Shown: piece after piece, positions 1-13,859 of the stretch
Layout of the letters: each line of letters begins with the position of its first letter
How positions within the stretch are numbered: position 1 is the stretch's first letter
Notes under the pieces: generated by a model
Told to the model about the DNA's origin: nothing
Database searches by the model: none
What the model saw: the letters and a program-made list of their open reading frames with translations, nothing else
Made by a program: the position numbers and the translations under genes
Assembly (NCBI GenBank): GCA_004764695.1
Contig: SMSO01000025.1
Coordinates: 2,356,001 to 2,420,000 of the forward strand
Direction: 5' to 3'
Source of the DNA: Schizochytrium sp. TIO01
Taxonomy: Eukaryota; Protista; Bigyra: Labyrinthulomycetes
Length of the DNA stretch: 64,000 nucleotides

Positions 1-156
1 GATACACGAGGCGGGAAAAGAGGGAGTAGAGAAGGGATCAGAGAACCAGAGCGCCGCTTTTCCTGCTTTCCCGTATATTTGTCAGAATATTCTGAGTAAG
101 GCTCGAAGAAGGACGATATGCAGAGATCCTTTAGTTAAAAGAAATCTCCATCTTGA

Positions 157-213
<57 letters not shown>
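157..213. repeat. (AAT)19 microsatellite
   Basis: Perfect trinucleotide run read directly. Confidence 0.97.
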
Positions 214-219
<6 letters not shown>

Positions 220-302
220 TTATCTTAAAGATTTACAACATATACCTTTTCGATATTTCTTCCATAACTAAATAAAATATATTATAAATATTACATGCAA
301 AA

Positions 303-347
<45 letters not shown>
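303..347. repeat. (ATG)15 microsatellite
   Basis: Perfect trinucleotide run read directly. Confidence 0.97.
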
Positions 348-1781
348 CGAAGCGCGATCAGCACTGAGCGAACAAGCTGCCTGGTATTTCACAGACCGCC
401 ATCTTTGAGCGTTTTGAATAGTTTATGAACACATTTCCATCAATTGATCACACGATCCCTCAAACCATCTTTAGTATTAAAACCCATCGCTTTCTTTAAT
501 TCTCTGTTTGGATTGCTCTTCTCTTCTTTTCTCTTCTCTTGTCTTCTCTTTTCTTTTCTTTTCTTTCTTTCTTAATTTCTTTCTTAATTTCTTTCTTGCT
601 GATTCTCTTTTATTAGGCGACGATAATTGCATGGGAAAAAAGAGGAGTGGAAAGTGAATCTGCCTCCGTTTGGCTGTCTTTCCGCCAAAATAGCAAACCA
701 ATCGATCCATCAATCGATAAGCTATGAATGAATGAATGAATGAATGAATCAATCAATGAATCAATCAACGAATCCATCAAGTTTTCTAGAAGCAGCCTTC
801 GGCTTTTGCAGCAACTGCTCGTTTCCTTCAACTCGTGCTCACAGTGGCTGCACTTGACGTCGTGAAGAGCCTTCGATTCACTCACTTACTCACTCACTCA
901 CTGACAGCTGGCGGAGCAGTTGCGAGCTGCTGTCGCTACCACTATCTACGCGCGCGCTAGCCCAGGCTGAGGGTGAAAAGAACGCCAGAACAAACGGAGC
1001 CTCAAAGATTGCGTTCTATTTCTTTTACTTCGAGTTTCTCCCTCCTCTTTCAATGGAAATTCTGTGATTTGGCCGTCCACGTCAAAAAGTAAGCACTATA
1101 TACAGAGCTAGTTGAGGTAAGCAGCTGCTGCGGAGATGGCCTAAAACGGACCTCCGTCGAAAGTCGTCGCAAAGGAATAAAGGGCAGTGAGCAGGATGAT
1201 GCGTGCGTGTATATATATATAGATATAGATATACATGTACGCATACATGTATGCCTGTATGTATGTACTCTGCTACTAACTCAGATCAAGAAAGCTTATA
1301 AAGAAGCGCGTTAGGAGCCACTTGGCTTTCTTGCGTCCACGTTCTTGTTGGAGGAGGACTGTTCTTCCTTGACAGCCCTTTCTTTGCTTGTTTCTCTGTG
1401 TGATCGCGTTCTTTTTGTCTCACTGCTTGTTTCGCGAGAGAGAAAGCCCCCCTCGGTCTACCAGGGCGCTGTGGGTCTTTCGCAGAGGCACACGCAAAAG
1501 AACACTCGATCCCCCTCTCAAAGCCACCTCACTGTGGGATCCCCTTATTGGAAGAGGTCCCAGGTAGCTTCGGTAGCCCTAGCGAAAAGAAGTAGGGTGG
1601 GCCTGATCAGTAGCAGTTGCTAACCCATTCCTAGCGCTGTTCCAATCTGCCCGGTATCAGTAGATATGCGAAACAGTATGCCGACTTATTTTCGAAAGAA
1701 CATTTTTGCTTTTTCATTTCCAGTTGAAAATAAACTGAAAATAACAGTGGCCGTAGTAAGTATGAATATTTTAATTTAAAC

Positions 1782-1955
1782 AAGAAGAAGAAGAAGAAGA
1801 AGAAGAAGAAGAAGAAGAAGAAGAAGAAGAAGAAGAAGAAGAAGAAGAAGAAGAAGAAGAAGAAGAAGAAGAAGAAGAAGAAGAAGAAGAAGAAGAAGAA
1901 GAAGAAGAAGAAGAAGAAGAAGAAGAAGAAGAAGAAGAAGAAGAAGAAGAAGAAG

Positions 1956-1985
<30 letters not shown>
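1782..1985. repeat. (AAG)68 microsatellite
   Basis: 204-bp uninterrupted purine run; it produces the spurious poly-Leu ORF 1776..2033. Confidence 0.97.
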
Positions 1986-1986
<1 letters not shown>

Positions 1987-3213
1987 GAATGAATAAAGGA
2001 ATAAATCAATGAAGGAACAGCCTCTACTGACAAAGAAGGAGGTTCTTATATGAGCCTCGAGTTAAGACCAGCGAAACTAAGATCAGGGAGAGTGAAGAGG
2101 CTCCATTCTCGATACCTTAGGCGGCTTGGACCCCCAAAGACTGCTCCGTTAGCATTTCTGGATCTTTGAGGCCAACGGACGATAGACAACTGATGGATGC
2201 CCATCATGAAGCAGAGGAAGCGCTGAGGGAAAGAAAGAGAGAACAGCGCGTCAGAACAGAACGCAGCAAGTCAGCGAAGGTTTCTTCAAAAGACAAATCA
2301 TCCTTTCATTCATTCTTTCTTGAACGTTCGTTCGTTCGTTTGTTCGTTTGTTTGTTGGTGAAGTGATAAACTGGGATAATGAATGACTTGAAGCTGCAGC
2401 AAAATCTACTCCAATAAACTCGTAGTAACTTTTGTGAAGACGTGCTCTGGGTGGCGATTTGAGGCAGCAGACATTCTCTCTTCGAAGGACCGGGTCTGTG
2501 ATCTAGCGCAAATAACGAATGATGGATTTATGCGATAGCGCGACGTAGATTCTAGCTCTTGCTGGGATCTTATTCGGTTTTGAGATGGAGGAAGGAGACA
2601 ACAAAGGGGAAGGAAGCACTGCAGACCAAAAGTATATATTAATTAACTAGCCTAGCGATCAAGCAAGCTACCTTCGAGAGAACAAGTTCGTGTTAGGATA
2701 GATTTCTGAGGTTTACACAAATCTGCTTTAGAAGATCTTACAAGGATTTGGTACTGCAAGTTGTTCTTCCTGCATTATCAGGTGATACACTGCATTATTT
2801 TCAACTCTGTTTGTATTATCTGTGTTGCGTCACATTGAGTTTAGTTTCATTGAATCAATTGTATCGAATTATATTGTATTTTGCGTCATGGCTCGTGTCT
2901 TACAGTCTTTTCGTTAAAGGTCTATAATATTTTAAGCTGCGCTGCCGTTTTCTTTGGTGATTGAGCGAGGTTGTGCTGCTCTTCGGATGAGTTGCGACCC
3001 AACTTGAAGTTCAAGGCCATCTATCAATCGCGGATGATTTGGTGTTGCAGGGATAGCTCTGAAAAGCGGCAGCTATCAAAATCAAGCAGCATCAATCAAT
3101 AACTTGTAGCTAGACGCTCGCAAGGAGCTTCTTAAACCAAAGCACGTTCTAAGGGCGAGTCTTGCCCAAGCAGTAAGCAGTTTGGAGGTCTCCATGTCAT
3201 TGGCACTAAGGAT

Positions 3214-3700
3214 GTGCATGAGCTACTGATGAAATTGTCCTCGGGTCAAGTTGGCGTGGCCAAAAGGTTTCTTGGCCCATGGGAGACTATCGAGGTGCCG
3301 ACGCGAGGGTTCCCGCCGAGGAATCTGCGAGCCTCATCAAGGATCCTAGTGACCACGAGGAATCGCTCTCAAAGCCACATAACTTTCGCAAGACACCATC
3401 ATTCGTTGCCCTTTGCACGTGCTTAACAGTCAGTCCCTTGAAACATCGCCTTTTGCAGCTTCCCCAAACTTTGTTCACCCTCACGCTCCAAAGCGCACGT
3501 AAGTACATGTTGCTCTTTTTCGTTGAGCACGTCGTTTCCAACGAACCACTGACTCGATTGCATCCGCCAAGCAAGCCCTCGACGGTTTCTGGGAGGGCTT
3601 CTGTCGTATTCTCTGCAAAACTTGCGCAAGTCGTGGATCATCGTCATGACGGAGGTCAGCCATTCCCTCGCCCGTCTCAAACGCTCTGGTAGTTCCATCT
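3214..3700 (+). pseudogene. Best-preserved copy of an unidentified degenerate, dispersed coding-like module
   Basis: Overlapping frames give KRFLGPWETI, HEESLSKPHNFRKTPSFV, PLKHRLLQ and ARKYMLLFFVEH. Similar peptides recur elsewhere in the window (see findings). The coding strand is not fully resolved. Confidence 0.3.
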
Positions 3701-6214
3701 TATTATCGATCGTGTAAAGCTGGACATTACGTAATAATTCGGTCTTCATCGCTTGGTTTTGCACAAGCTCCGGTTCTTCAACTTGTAAATGTGTATAACT
3801 TGCCGCAGAGATGATGATGAGGATCCTCATCATGATGATCCTCATCATGATGATGTCATTGTTGTTGTGGTTGTTGCTATTGTGTTGCTGCTGCTGCTGA
3901 TGATGGTCTAAATGCTCGAGCAGCTGGGTCTTCTTCTTCGTTTTGGCCTGGACCTATCTCTTCGATGATGCCTCGCTGAAAACAAAACTCACTGAGAGCA
4001 AGGAAGTTAATTTTACTTCAACCCGCTTCGAGCTAGTGGAGAAGAACCCTTTGGCCCTTGAAACCAAGCGTCGTAAGCTGCAGCCTCGCAGGCAAGTGGT
4101 CGAACGCAGAGATTTGGCGACGTCGAGCTAGCAACCCTTGACGACGACGAAGCGCTGCGAGTGTATTCGGTGAGCGGGCTGAGTGAGGTGCCGCGAACGG
4201 GAGGGATCGATGCTTGGAGTTGAGTTGTGCATAATTCTTTCTTTTTGTTTCTAATGAAAGAAACACGTGAAAGCGAAAGGTCTTATCGTGGGAACAAAAA
4301 ATAATTTGTGTAGAGACACATACATACCTATACCTGGAAACTCGCCAGCGCGACTGAATTGCGAGCTAGTCTTCCGGGAGACGGGCCGCTAAGCGTCTGG
4401 CCAAATTGCGATGCGTACTTAATCAAAAGACAAATGCCGTCATCGATATATCAATCTCTTGAACTGAATAAAGTCCTTTTGACCGAGCATCAATCAAAAG
4501 GAACGAGGAAGGAAAAGGCGGAAAAATTGTAAACCCACAAAAAAACACAGCATATTAACAAACTGTATCACCGCTAGCGCGTGCGGAGGAGAAGGCTCCT
4601 TCTTTATTCCCACTCTACCGTAGTGAGAATGCAACGATTGTTGGGCTGTGAGGACGAATGTTTTTTGTACGGATACATGGATTGGCATAGTCTGCTACAA
4701 CCTGAAAGCAGCACGAGACTGCTGTTCTTAAACAGCTTCAACCACGAAAACCTCTTCTATAAAAATTTCTTTCATGATTTAATAAATAAATAAAAATTAT
4801 TTAAATTAATAAAATAAGTACCTTGAGCGAACGGAAAAGAAAAGAAACAAAAAGATTTGTTTCACCTGTGAGAAAAAGAACATTAGGCCACCTATTGTTA
4901 TCCATGGGTCACTTCTATGAGACATATACATATTGTCCCGTGCACGTGCGGTTTAAAGTAGTTTTTTAATAAAAAAGAAACATCGGGGTAAGAAGAAGAA
5001 ACTGCCTGCCTGAGCGATTGTCGAGGAGTTGAAGACGATGGTTGTCGTCGTCATCGTCGTGGTGTTGAACTTAGTTTTACAAGAAACTGGCAAGTTTAGA
5101 TTCACTGGTAATCTATCTTCTTGGGGTCGTGGGGCGAAGTGATCCCGAGAAATCGGTTGGTTTCTTTCGGCTTGCTTGCTTTGTCTGGCAGGCCAGCAGG
5201 CAGTCCCTTGTTTTCTAAGCGCCTTCTGCGGTCTTCGACTCCCTCCAAAAAAGCTGCCGAGAGACTCGTTATAGAGACCATGGCGGCGGCCTGGGAGACC
5301 AAATGGAGCTGCCTGCCATGATTATGCTCGTGGCGGCTTCTGAATCGCGAGGACCAGGTCTTTTGGGAAGGGTGGGTGGCCGAGCTCGCTCTATAGTCCC
5401 TGTTACAATGAATGAGCGAGTTTAGCCAATATCTGTGACTGCAAACTTTTTCTTTTTCTTTTTCTTTTTTTCCTTTAAAAAATAGCAGACAAGAAAGAAC
5501 AAACAGAGCAAGAAAAAGAAAAAAGAGAGACTCACTCGGCAGATCATCCGTCTTCTAAAAAGAAGATGACCCGCTTACTTGCTTACGAGTTTTAGGGCCA
5601 AAGCAAGCACCCAATCGCGGAGTCCTCGAACGATGGAGCTCATCTTCGAGTGCGAGTAAGTGCTCTTGTCTTGCACGCACAGGTAAGATCGTTGTCCGAG
5701 TTCCCGTTTGTTCTCAGTGCTTGGCTGTGGTCTGCTCGTCTGCTTGATTGGTTTGGGCTAACGAGCTGTTTTCCAGATTCGTAGCTGTGCGCGGAATACG
5801 TGCGGTTGGAGGACCAAGAGCGAGTTCCCTCTCTCAGCCAGCACGTTTCTCTCCGGTTACTTGAAGTTTGCATGCGAACAAACAAGCAAGCGATTGAAGC
5901 ACTTCGACTCGCTTGCGACGACTCCTCTGCTTGGTTGGGGAGCCAAACGGAGACAACGGAAACCAAATCAAGAGGGGTGGGCACTGGCCGGCACGCGGCT
6001 TCCGCACACCCGCACCTGTCCGCGTATAATAATATTGGCGATCAACAAACAGCTGGTCTGCAATCAACTTGTTTCATTGTGTTCTTTTTCTTTATCCTTA
6101 AGATTTGCTCGCTTGCTTGACGAGAATGATGACAAGTTTTGACATTCAAGTTGATTGATTGTTTCCATCACACCTCATGACGATTAAATGCCCAATCTCT
6201 GTTGCTTCGTATAG

Positions 6215-6278
<64 letters not shown>
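6215..6278. repeat. (GATT)16 microsatellite
   Basis: Perfect tetranucleotide run. Confidence 0.97.
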
Positions 6279-6281
<3 letters not shown>

Positions 6282-9200
6282 GGTGTTAGCGCGTGCAATC
6301 TTAGCACGTGCAACCTTGTTTCTTCTGGTTTAACCAGTTGGCAAAAATGGCCTTCAAATGTTATAACTCGGGAAGGGGTAGCGACGGAGCTCGCTCCAGA
6401 GGAGAAGGGTCCAGAGTAGAACGAGCCCTTGTGGCTTTTGATTTGAGAGCAGCCTCGTCTTGAAAAGAGTTTTTTTTTATTTTATATTTTTTATTTTTTA
6501 TTAAGAGTTCGCAACGCTCGCTTTCGTTGTGGCTGCAGGCGAGCAAGAAAGCAAGCAGCAACTTCAACCTTGAGAACGACAGACCAACTTTCCAAGATAG
6601 CGAGCGAGCGAGTGAAGCGATTAAGAGATTGAGTGCGCGAGTGGGCAAGTGAGTGAACTTGAAACCAACGATGATTGCTCGATCGAGCCGGCCTACACAT
6701 AATTCCCGAGAAGGGCGGCAGAGCACCCAAACATCCGTTCTCTCGTGAAATGTTCCAACGTATGCAAGTTGAAGATTCTATTGTAAATTCATGGAATTGA
6801 GTGGCTACACTGCTTCACCAAAGAAGGGGCGGCAACCTTGAAAAGCCTGACATACTGAAGGTTGGCTGCACAACGTCGAGATAGTGGGTGCGTAGAGGCT
6901 ATGCGTGCTTGCAGATGTAAGGGTGGAAAAGATTCCACTTCTCAAATCCCACCGGGTTTCCCATCTCGCTTCGTCTGTTTCCTAATTCGAATGATTGTAA
7001 TTTTGCAAATTACTTTCGAAAAAAAAAAAAAAAGTCATTAAAAAAAAAAAACTAAAATAGTAGTAGTAAATAAGAATTCATCGGCCAGGCTTTTGTCATA
7101 AAGCAGAAATATAGACACGGTAACAATGTTGCCCGTGTACAGCTTGAAAGTCCAAAAGACCAGTGTCAAGAGGTTTCTCTCCCTTTCTTTCTCTTTCCTA
7201 ATCGCCTTGATTGCCTGTAGCTCATTGACTACAACAGCTGCGTGCTACTTTGGGACTACTATGATAACCTAATAATGAGCACTTTGCAGAAAAGGGCTTC
7301 GACATAGATTATTTGGATGTGTGTCTTAGGATGACGCCTCGAAGCAACAATAAAAGTAGGAACACAGCTGTGACATTCAACAAGAGCATTTCTATTTCAA
7401 TACAAACAGTGGCAACTAGAATTTCTACCTAGTGAGCTTTTCAGGCGAGATCCCTCGCTCGACCCTGCGCTCGATCGAGCTTGGTGCCCACTCAGGGTGA
7501 CAAGTGAGCTTCCTTGAAGCAATCACTCCTGCTTTATAAATATAAAGGTACTCGGGAAGATCTGCCGGTGCAGAGACCACTAAATTTTCAGTGAGTGAAG
7601 AACGGTCCAACGCCGCTCAGATGAAGGTTATCTCTTCAACTTGGTCTGCCAATTCTTGTTTTCGTAAAATTGATTTGGTCGGAAGGAATGCTCGGAGCTC
7701 GCAGGTCGCAGGAAATCCTCGCGTCTCAGCTATCGCTCAATCAAATAAGCGCGAGTATCAACTCTGGTAGCTCAGTTCTGCCGTTCTGGTTGAAGAGCCT
7801 CGTGCGTAATGAACAACTTAAAAGTGATCCTAGTATCAATCTGACCCATTCAGGAGTGACATTTATACGTTCAACTGATCATCTTCACGGAGCCTTTGGA
7901 TGCAAGCAGTGGCATCCTATCTTCAATAATTGGGTATTTCGTCAATGGGGAGAGAGCTACAGCTAGAGCTGTGATGTGTGCCGCGGTTGCCTTGCACCAG
8001 TTATGTGCTCTAGAAATGTACAATTAATGCTTGTCCAGGGTCACAACGAATATGGGTTGATTTGCGTGGGTTCTCTTTCCAGCTAGTGAAGATGCTCAAT
8101 TCTGTTAGGCCATGCCGGGATACCTTGACAGAGGTGTTTGAGACCCGTCGCCAGCTGCAAGAACAACGCAATCGTAACTCATTCACGATAGCCAGCTCTT
8201 ACTTTATGACAGCTTAGCTGGCCAATTAGTAATGCTAAAGTTTCTATCTCAGCACACCAGGCCATTGATGAAGCATAGCTGGCAAGCGCAGAATCTTCGA
8301 AAGCATGTCCCGACCAGGCAGCAATCGGGCCTGCTCAACAATTTGAAGGTGTGCACGCTCCCCATTATGAGCAAAGAACGTTCGCACTTTGTGATGATAG
8401 AATAGTTGACGAGGTCGCTATAATAAGGTAAAGAAAGCGAATTAACAGCAACTTCAAATACGAACGAATGAAGTTGGCTCCAGTCCAATGTTGCCGCTGC
8501 TCATCCATCCACTCAGCTGTGAAAGTCTTTCTTGTTTTGACGAAAACTGTTTGTTTTCTTCAATAGAATCGAGTATTACCTTAACTCGATCCTTTATGGT
8601 GAAGATCTCTGAGGTGGTAAACAGCCACCCCTCCTTGGCTATGGCTTAGTTAGTCAGAAAACAAATCCATTCAATATCTCATTTTCTTACCTGTAAAACC
8701 CTTGCTTTCCTGTAGTGCCTTCCTCCATTTGCCGTTACCAGCACGATTGAGTGAGCGAAGCCTGTCGGAAGATCAGATTCTTCGAGTTCTCCTTCCTCAA
8801 AGCGAACATTACTCCAGAGTTTGCTCAAAGTGATTGGGTCTTGGCTGTTCTAACCAGCCAGCGCTGTTAGCGATCTCCAATGCAGATATACAAACCTTGG
8901 CCACCACATTTGATTGTCTATCCACCACATTTTCATTTTTCTGAAAGATCCTGTTCACTTCTAAAACATCCCCTCGGACTCAGCGTGAACGTAGTGGGCC
9001 TTCTCACTGAAAACCACTACTGTCTGGACATTTCCAAAGATGAAGTTTTTATTTAAGCTAACACTAGACGCTTTCTGTTTGTCCTCGACTGAGAGTCACC
9101 CAGTGCGATTGCTATGATTTGTTCGCACTATTTGAGAGGAGAGTTTGCAGCCTCTATCTCTGACGTCCACTGCAAACTTTGTTGGTTTGCATTTGCGCTT

Positions 9201-11706
9201 TTATGCTCTTGCCTCCCCCTCCTATTCCCACTGCCGAATGCTCTTCCCACAGTCCTTCTTTCCTCATCATGTTTCCTTTGCTGTCGTTCGTTCCTCTCTC
9301 TGGGAAAGCTTCAAAAGAAGAAAAAGAAAACCAGAAAAGTTTTACTCGAAAATACAGACATCGCCTGCATTATTCCTTCATTGTTTTTTAAAAGTAATTA
9401 TAAATTTAAAACATTTTATTAAGATCATATAAAATAAATTACATAAGTTAAAAATTAAAAGGAACAAAATTCGAAGAACAGAGTAAACTTTGCAAAGCGG
9501 TTCCCGAGTCGTTCCCAAATTGTTCCCTCTGAAGGATCAAATCTGAGTGAATGAGGCCCTCGCTCCCAAGTCAAGTTGAATATATCTGCCTCCGACCAAT
9601 AGATCTGCCCGTAAAGGTGGATCCCTGAGTGAAAAACGATCGCGCCGACGCTTTGCGTGCGATTTCCCGCACCTCAGCACGCATCTTTTGGCCTCTGTGC
9701 CACCCTTGTCAGGAGCACGATGCCATTTCGAAGCTGTTGCCCAAACCGTGAGACAATTACTAGGGTTTCCACTCCTATCCTTTACACTAGCGACCCCCCC
9801 TATGCGTTCCGCTGTTCTCTTCGTTTCTTCGAGTGTGACCGGTACGATAGATGGCGCCTAGGAGTGCCCTAGCCCACTTCTGTGACAGAGAACGCGAACA
9901 CTTGGATCCCATTTCTTTTCACTTTTTCCTTTTTAGTCGGAGCTTACACTTCCTTCTCCTTTTTTCTTTTCCTCTTTTTTCTTTTTTCTTTTTCCTTTTT
10001 TCTTTTTACCCCGTTCCCGTTCTCTGTTCTCCTCGGGGATTCCTCGCTGCACGGGAGATTCCCCGGTGTTCCATCGGGAGCGCGGGAAAAGAACGGCCCT
10101 GAGTCAGTCTCATGAGGCGAATAAAGTAAACTGAAAGAATGAATGAATGAATGCCGATTGAACATGGGACGACTGACGATGGAATCGATTGATTCTTCTG
10201 ATGAGTCAACGAGTACGCCAACTTCGAAGCTGGAAAGCGGCGCTCCTGAGTTCCCCATACGAGTTCTCCCGGAGCGCCGCTAGCTCTTCAAGGTCGGCCA
10301 GACTGTGGTGAAGAAATAATAGGTAGACTAACCGCAACAACAAAGGAAACGAGGTACAACATAAACGAAAGTAGCATTGAATCGAATGGGATCCAACTTA
10401 TAGAGTTCGACTTTCTTGACTCTCATCGATGGCTCCGTCGACGGAGATTGAGATCGTGGAGATCATGGGCAGCAGCCTGAAAGATGGTCTCGATGGATCA
10501 AGCAAGCAAGCAAGCAAGCGTTATTGTTCCTTTCTGATAAAAGTTGGTTGCCTTGGCTTCGTCTTCGAGGAGACCAGCACGGCGAACAACGGAGTTCAGG
10601 ATCTCCATAACTTCGTGATGAGCGGAGGGTTTCTTCGCTCTGAGTGATCTCCTCTCCGTGCCTTAGCTTGTGTAATTTCGACCTCTGAGGCGGTGAGTGA
10701 GTGAGTGAGTGATCGAGTGGGCTTGTTGCCGCCCTGTAATGCAGAACGTCGTCGCACTCGTTCATTCTCATCCACGATGCAGCACTTCATTCGCTTCATC
10801 GATCATCCTGAATGCTCACTCATTCATGCATGCGTTGCTTTCGTTTATGCCTCACGCGGACTTTCCTTTCTCGAGCTGGAGAAGCTCCGGCAGGAGTCTT
10901 CGCCGAGCTGGGCATTTGTAGCTTGACTCACGCAGAATTCATTCAAGCAACCTCACGAGCTTCACGAGGAGGCTCACAAGTCGAAGAAGAAGACTTCGCT
11001 CGATGATGAGCAGTGCAGGGAGGGAGGATCAACAACCGTCAACCCATCTGTGTTGACCTCTGAGCGGTCTTCGCTCAGGCTGAGCTCATGGCTCAAGAGG
11101 TCGGCAGAACTACAGCGGGTCACATCTGCTTCTTCTTGACCTTTCCGCACCAGATCTCTCTCGGCGGTCATCCAACAAGTTGGTGTGGTCTAAATTCGTC
11201 CACGCATTTCTTCGCCAGTTCGCTAAACCCTCTGCAATCTTCGAAACGCTTCGCCGGGTGCCCAAGCGCCGCTCTTTCTTGACGCACCTAAGATTTCCTT
11301 CTCTGGCTGGCCAATTCCATCTTTCTGCCCATTCTTCCATTCATTCCTTCATTTTTTCATCTATTGCCTCCACGAATTTACTTACCTACGAATACTTGCC
11401 TGTCCGGGTGCTGTGCTGTGGGCAGGGCCTCGTTTCGCAGGCCACGTCCAAGTGCTTGTCAGCAACCAGGCGGTTCTCGCGTTGTTGGCTTATTTCTGAC
11501 CCCAGCTTCTGCAACTTCTTCTTCTTCTTCAACAGCTGAGTAATTTTGCAGTCGAGGACTTAGTTCTTTGGCTAGTCGGGTTCTTTCTTCTACTTAATTG
11601 GCGTGCTCCTTGCTTCTGTTGACGCGACGTAGCTAAACAGGCAGGCGGGCAAGTGGGTTAGCCAGCCAGCGAAGCAGACGGCCAGCGAGCTAACTGCGCA
11701 AGCTCA

Positions 11707-11734
11707 TGAGTGAGTGAGTGAGTGAGTGAGTGAG
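11707..11734. repeat. (TGAG)7 microsatellite
   Basis: Perfect tetranucleotide run. Confidence 0.9.
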
Positions 11735-12742
11735 AGACACCTGGCACAAGATGATGGATCAATGGATGAATGCAAGAACCAGCCCACCCGTCTCGGAGGT
11801 CTCGGGACCACCTGGGCCGAGCAGCTTGCTGCTGCGGGATCGTGCCATGGGGCGGGGGTGGCCAGCCAGCTAGATCTCTAGCCAGCCAGCTAGCTGGCCA
11901 GCGAGCTTTGCCAAGGACCGCTTGGAGCTGCTGGACTTGACCTACCTCTGGTACCTAGCTAGGTCTGAGTTTCGTTCATCCACTCGTGAGCTCGTAAGCT
12001 CTCCTCCGCCCTGCGGGTTCTTGAGGACGGGCGAAGTAGCAAGACGCAGAGGCGGTCCGCTTGGGCAAGGCAAGAGCGAGCGGGAACACGCAGCGAAGGC
12101 GGGAGATGGAGGAGTAGACCTCCTCTCGCTCGCTTGAGAGTGCACTTCGGTTTCCAGGAACCAGCAAGCCACGGTCTTGGCTGCTGTTGGAGGCAGGCTA
12201 CTTGAGGGAGCGGGGAGAGAGAGAAACCCGCGTGAACGGAGAGATCCGAGTCCTGTCCAAGCCTGCTCTTCTTCCGAAGAAGGCACTCTCGCTTTGTTTG
12301 TTAAGTAGGCTGTAGGTATGTATGTATCTTGGTAGGCAGGATATGTGATATCCTCGTCATTGACGGCAACGTCGACACCGGCAACAACTCCATGCACGAG
12401 TAATCTGAACTGGCGGAGATCTGCTCTCCGCCGTGCCCAACAGCGAGAGCGAGAACACTAGGCTAAGAAGGTGCCTCGCCAGCTTCGATGAGACCAACCT
12501 CAAGGTCGTGAAACCAGGAGACTCCAGCGCCTCTCTGCTGGAGCCCAATCAAGTCTCGTGGACCCTGCCAAGGTCCACACCGCCCTCGAGCTGCTGCATT
12601 CAATCGGCAGCGCGAGCGTGGAACGAGCTAGCTTCAGTTGAAGAAGAACTCGACTCTCTTGGAGAATGCCCGGAACCAAGCCATGCTCTTCTTCATGGCA
12701 GCAATGCCAACAAGATTGAAGAACCGCATTAAATACAAATAC

Positions 12743-12805
12743 AACAACAACAACGACAACGACAACGACAACGACGACGACGACAACAACAACAACAACA
12801 ACAAC
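12743..12805. repeat. Compound (AAC)/(GAC) microsatellite
   Basis: Mixed AAC/GAC triplets read directly. Confidence 0.9.
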
Positions 12806-13859
12806 CGCAGCGACTTGGAGATAAGAAGCTGTCTTGAGACCGTTTTGCCGTCAATTTGGCGCCGAATTCGAGCGCGAAGCTGTTCCAAGGCGCCCGCCTC
12901 TGCACCTTCTGAAAACAGCCCTCATGTCATAATGTACCTACAGAAACCGCTGCTCTCACTCACTATTCACTCACTCACTCACTTACAGATGCGCGCATGC
13001 TTGCTTACCCGGCACCTGATTCGCTGCACGAGTACAGCGCCCTGGAGGACGTCCCGGAAACCCACGGCATGAACGGCATCGAGAACGCAGAAGAAATCTC
13101 GCGCGTGGACCACAGACACTGAGCGCTTAGACACCCGCAAAGAGAAACCTGCCTACCCCCCTCTCCCTGTTTAGTTACTGACTGGTGAGTACCTAGCTAC
13201 GCTAGAAAGTGGGGGGGGTAGAGGAGCACAGAGGAAGTGATGAACTACCGCAGCAGGCCAAGTGAAAACAAGGTGCTTTTTTAATTAAAAAAGTAAGTAA
13301 TTCATCAAATATGCGTACAGATTAAGAGCCGCGCTGGGAGCCGGAAAGCGGCAGGAGATTCAGAGCTGAAGCCAACTCAGGCTCTGAGAAGGATCTCGTG
13401 TATTGGGAAAGTTTAGAAACACAGGCGAGCAACTGGCGACGCAAAGGTTTGCCAAATCAGTGACGGAAATGGACCTGGCTGGCTGGCTCCGCAGCTCTCT
13501 GCCTGCATGTTCATTTGTAAGACATCGTTCTGATGAGCCATGCGTGGTTGTTTTGGTTTGTTAAAAGAGAATCCACTGAGGTTGGTTGGGTTGGTTGGCG
13601 TGGTGGTGATCAAGCTAGAAAAAAAAGGGTAAAGCTTAGACTTGCAGGCTGAGTGATGTGCATCATGTGTACTGAATATAGAGCTAATCAGATGTTGGGA
13701 ATTCAGATTAGCTTTGGTTCCTTGACGGCGGCGTGGAAAGAGAATGAAATGCGTTCAAAAAGCAGAGAGTTTTGCTGAAAAATGGAAACGTATTAAAAAA
13801 GTCTTCAAGTATTAACGGAGATGGCTTTCCAGTTATGGGTATATCTATATATATGTATG

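Noticed and set aside
1776-2033. Poly-Leu ORF
   Set aside because: Translation of the (AAG)68 microsatellite
3364-3377. Exact 14-15 nt matches (CGCTCTCAAAGCCA also at 26009-26022; 8265-8279 inverted at 32199-32213) as proof of repeats
   Set aside because: Several matches of this length are expected by chance in 64 kb on two strands, so they are not evidence on their own
3423-3848. 141-aa minus-strand ORF as a real gene
   Set aside because: Starts inside an ATG/CAT microsatellite, has no recognisable domain, and overlaps the degenerate module
12638-13072. 144-aa ORF with Asn/Asp run
   Set aside because: Held open by a triplet microsatellite, non-ATG start, no family match
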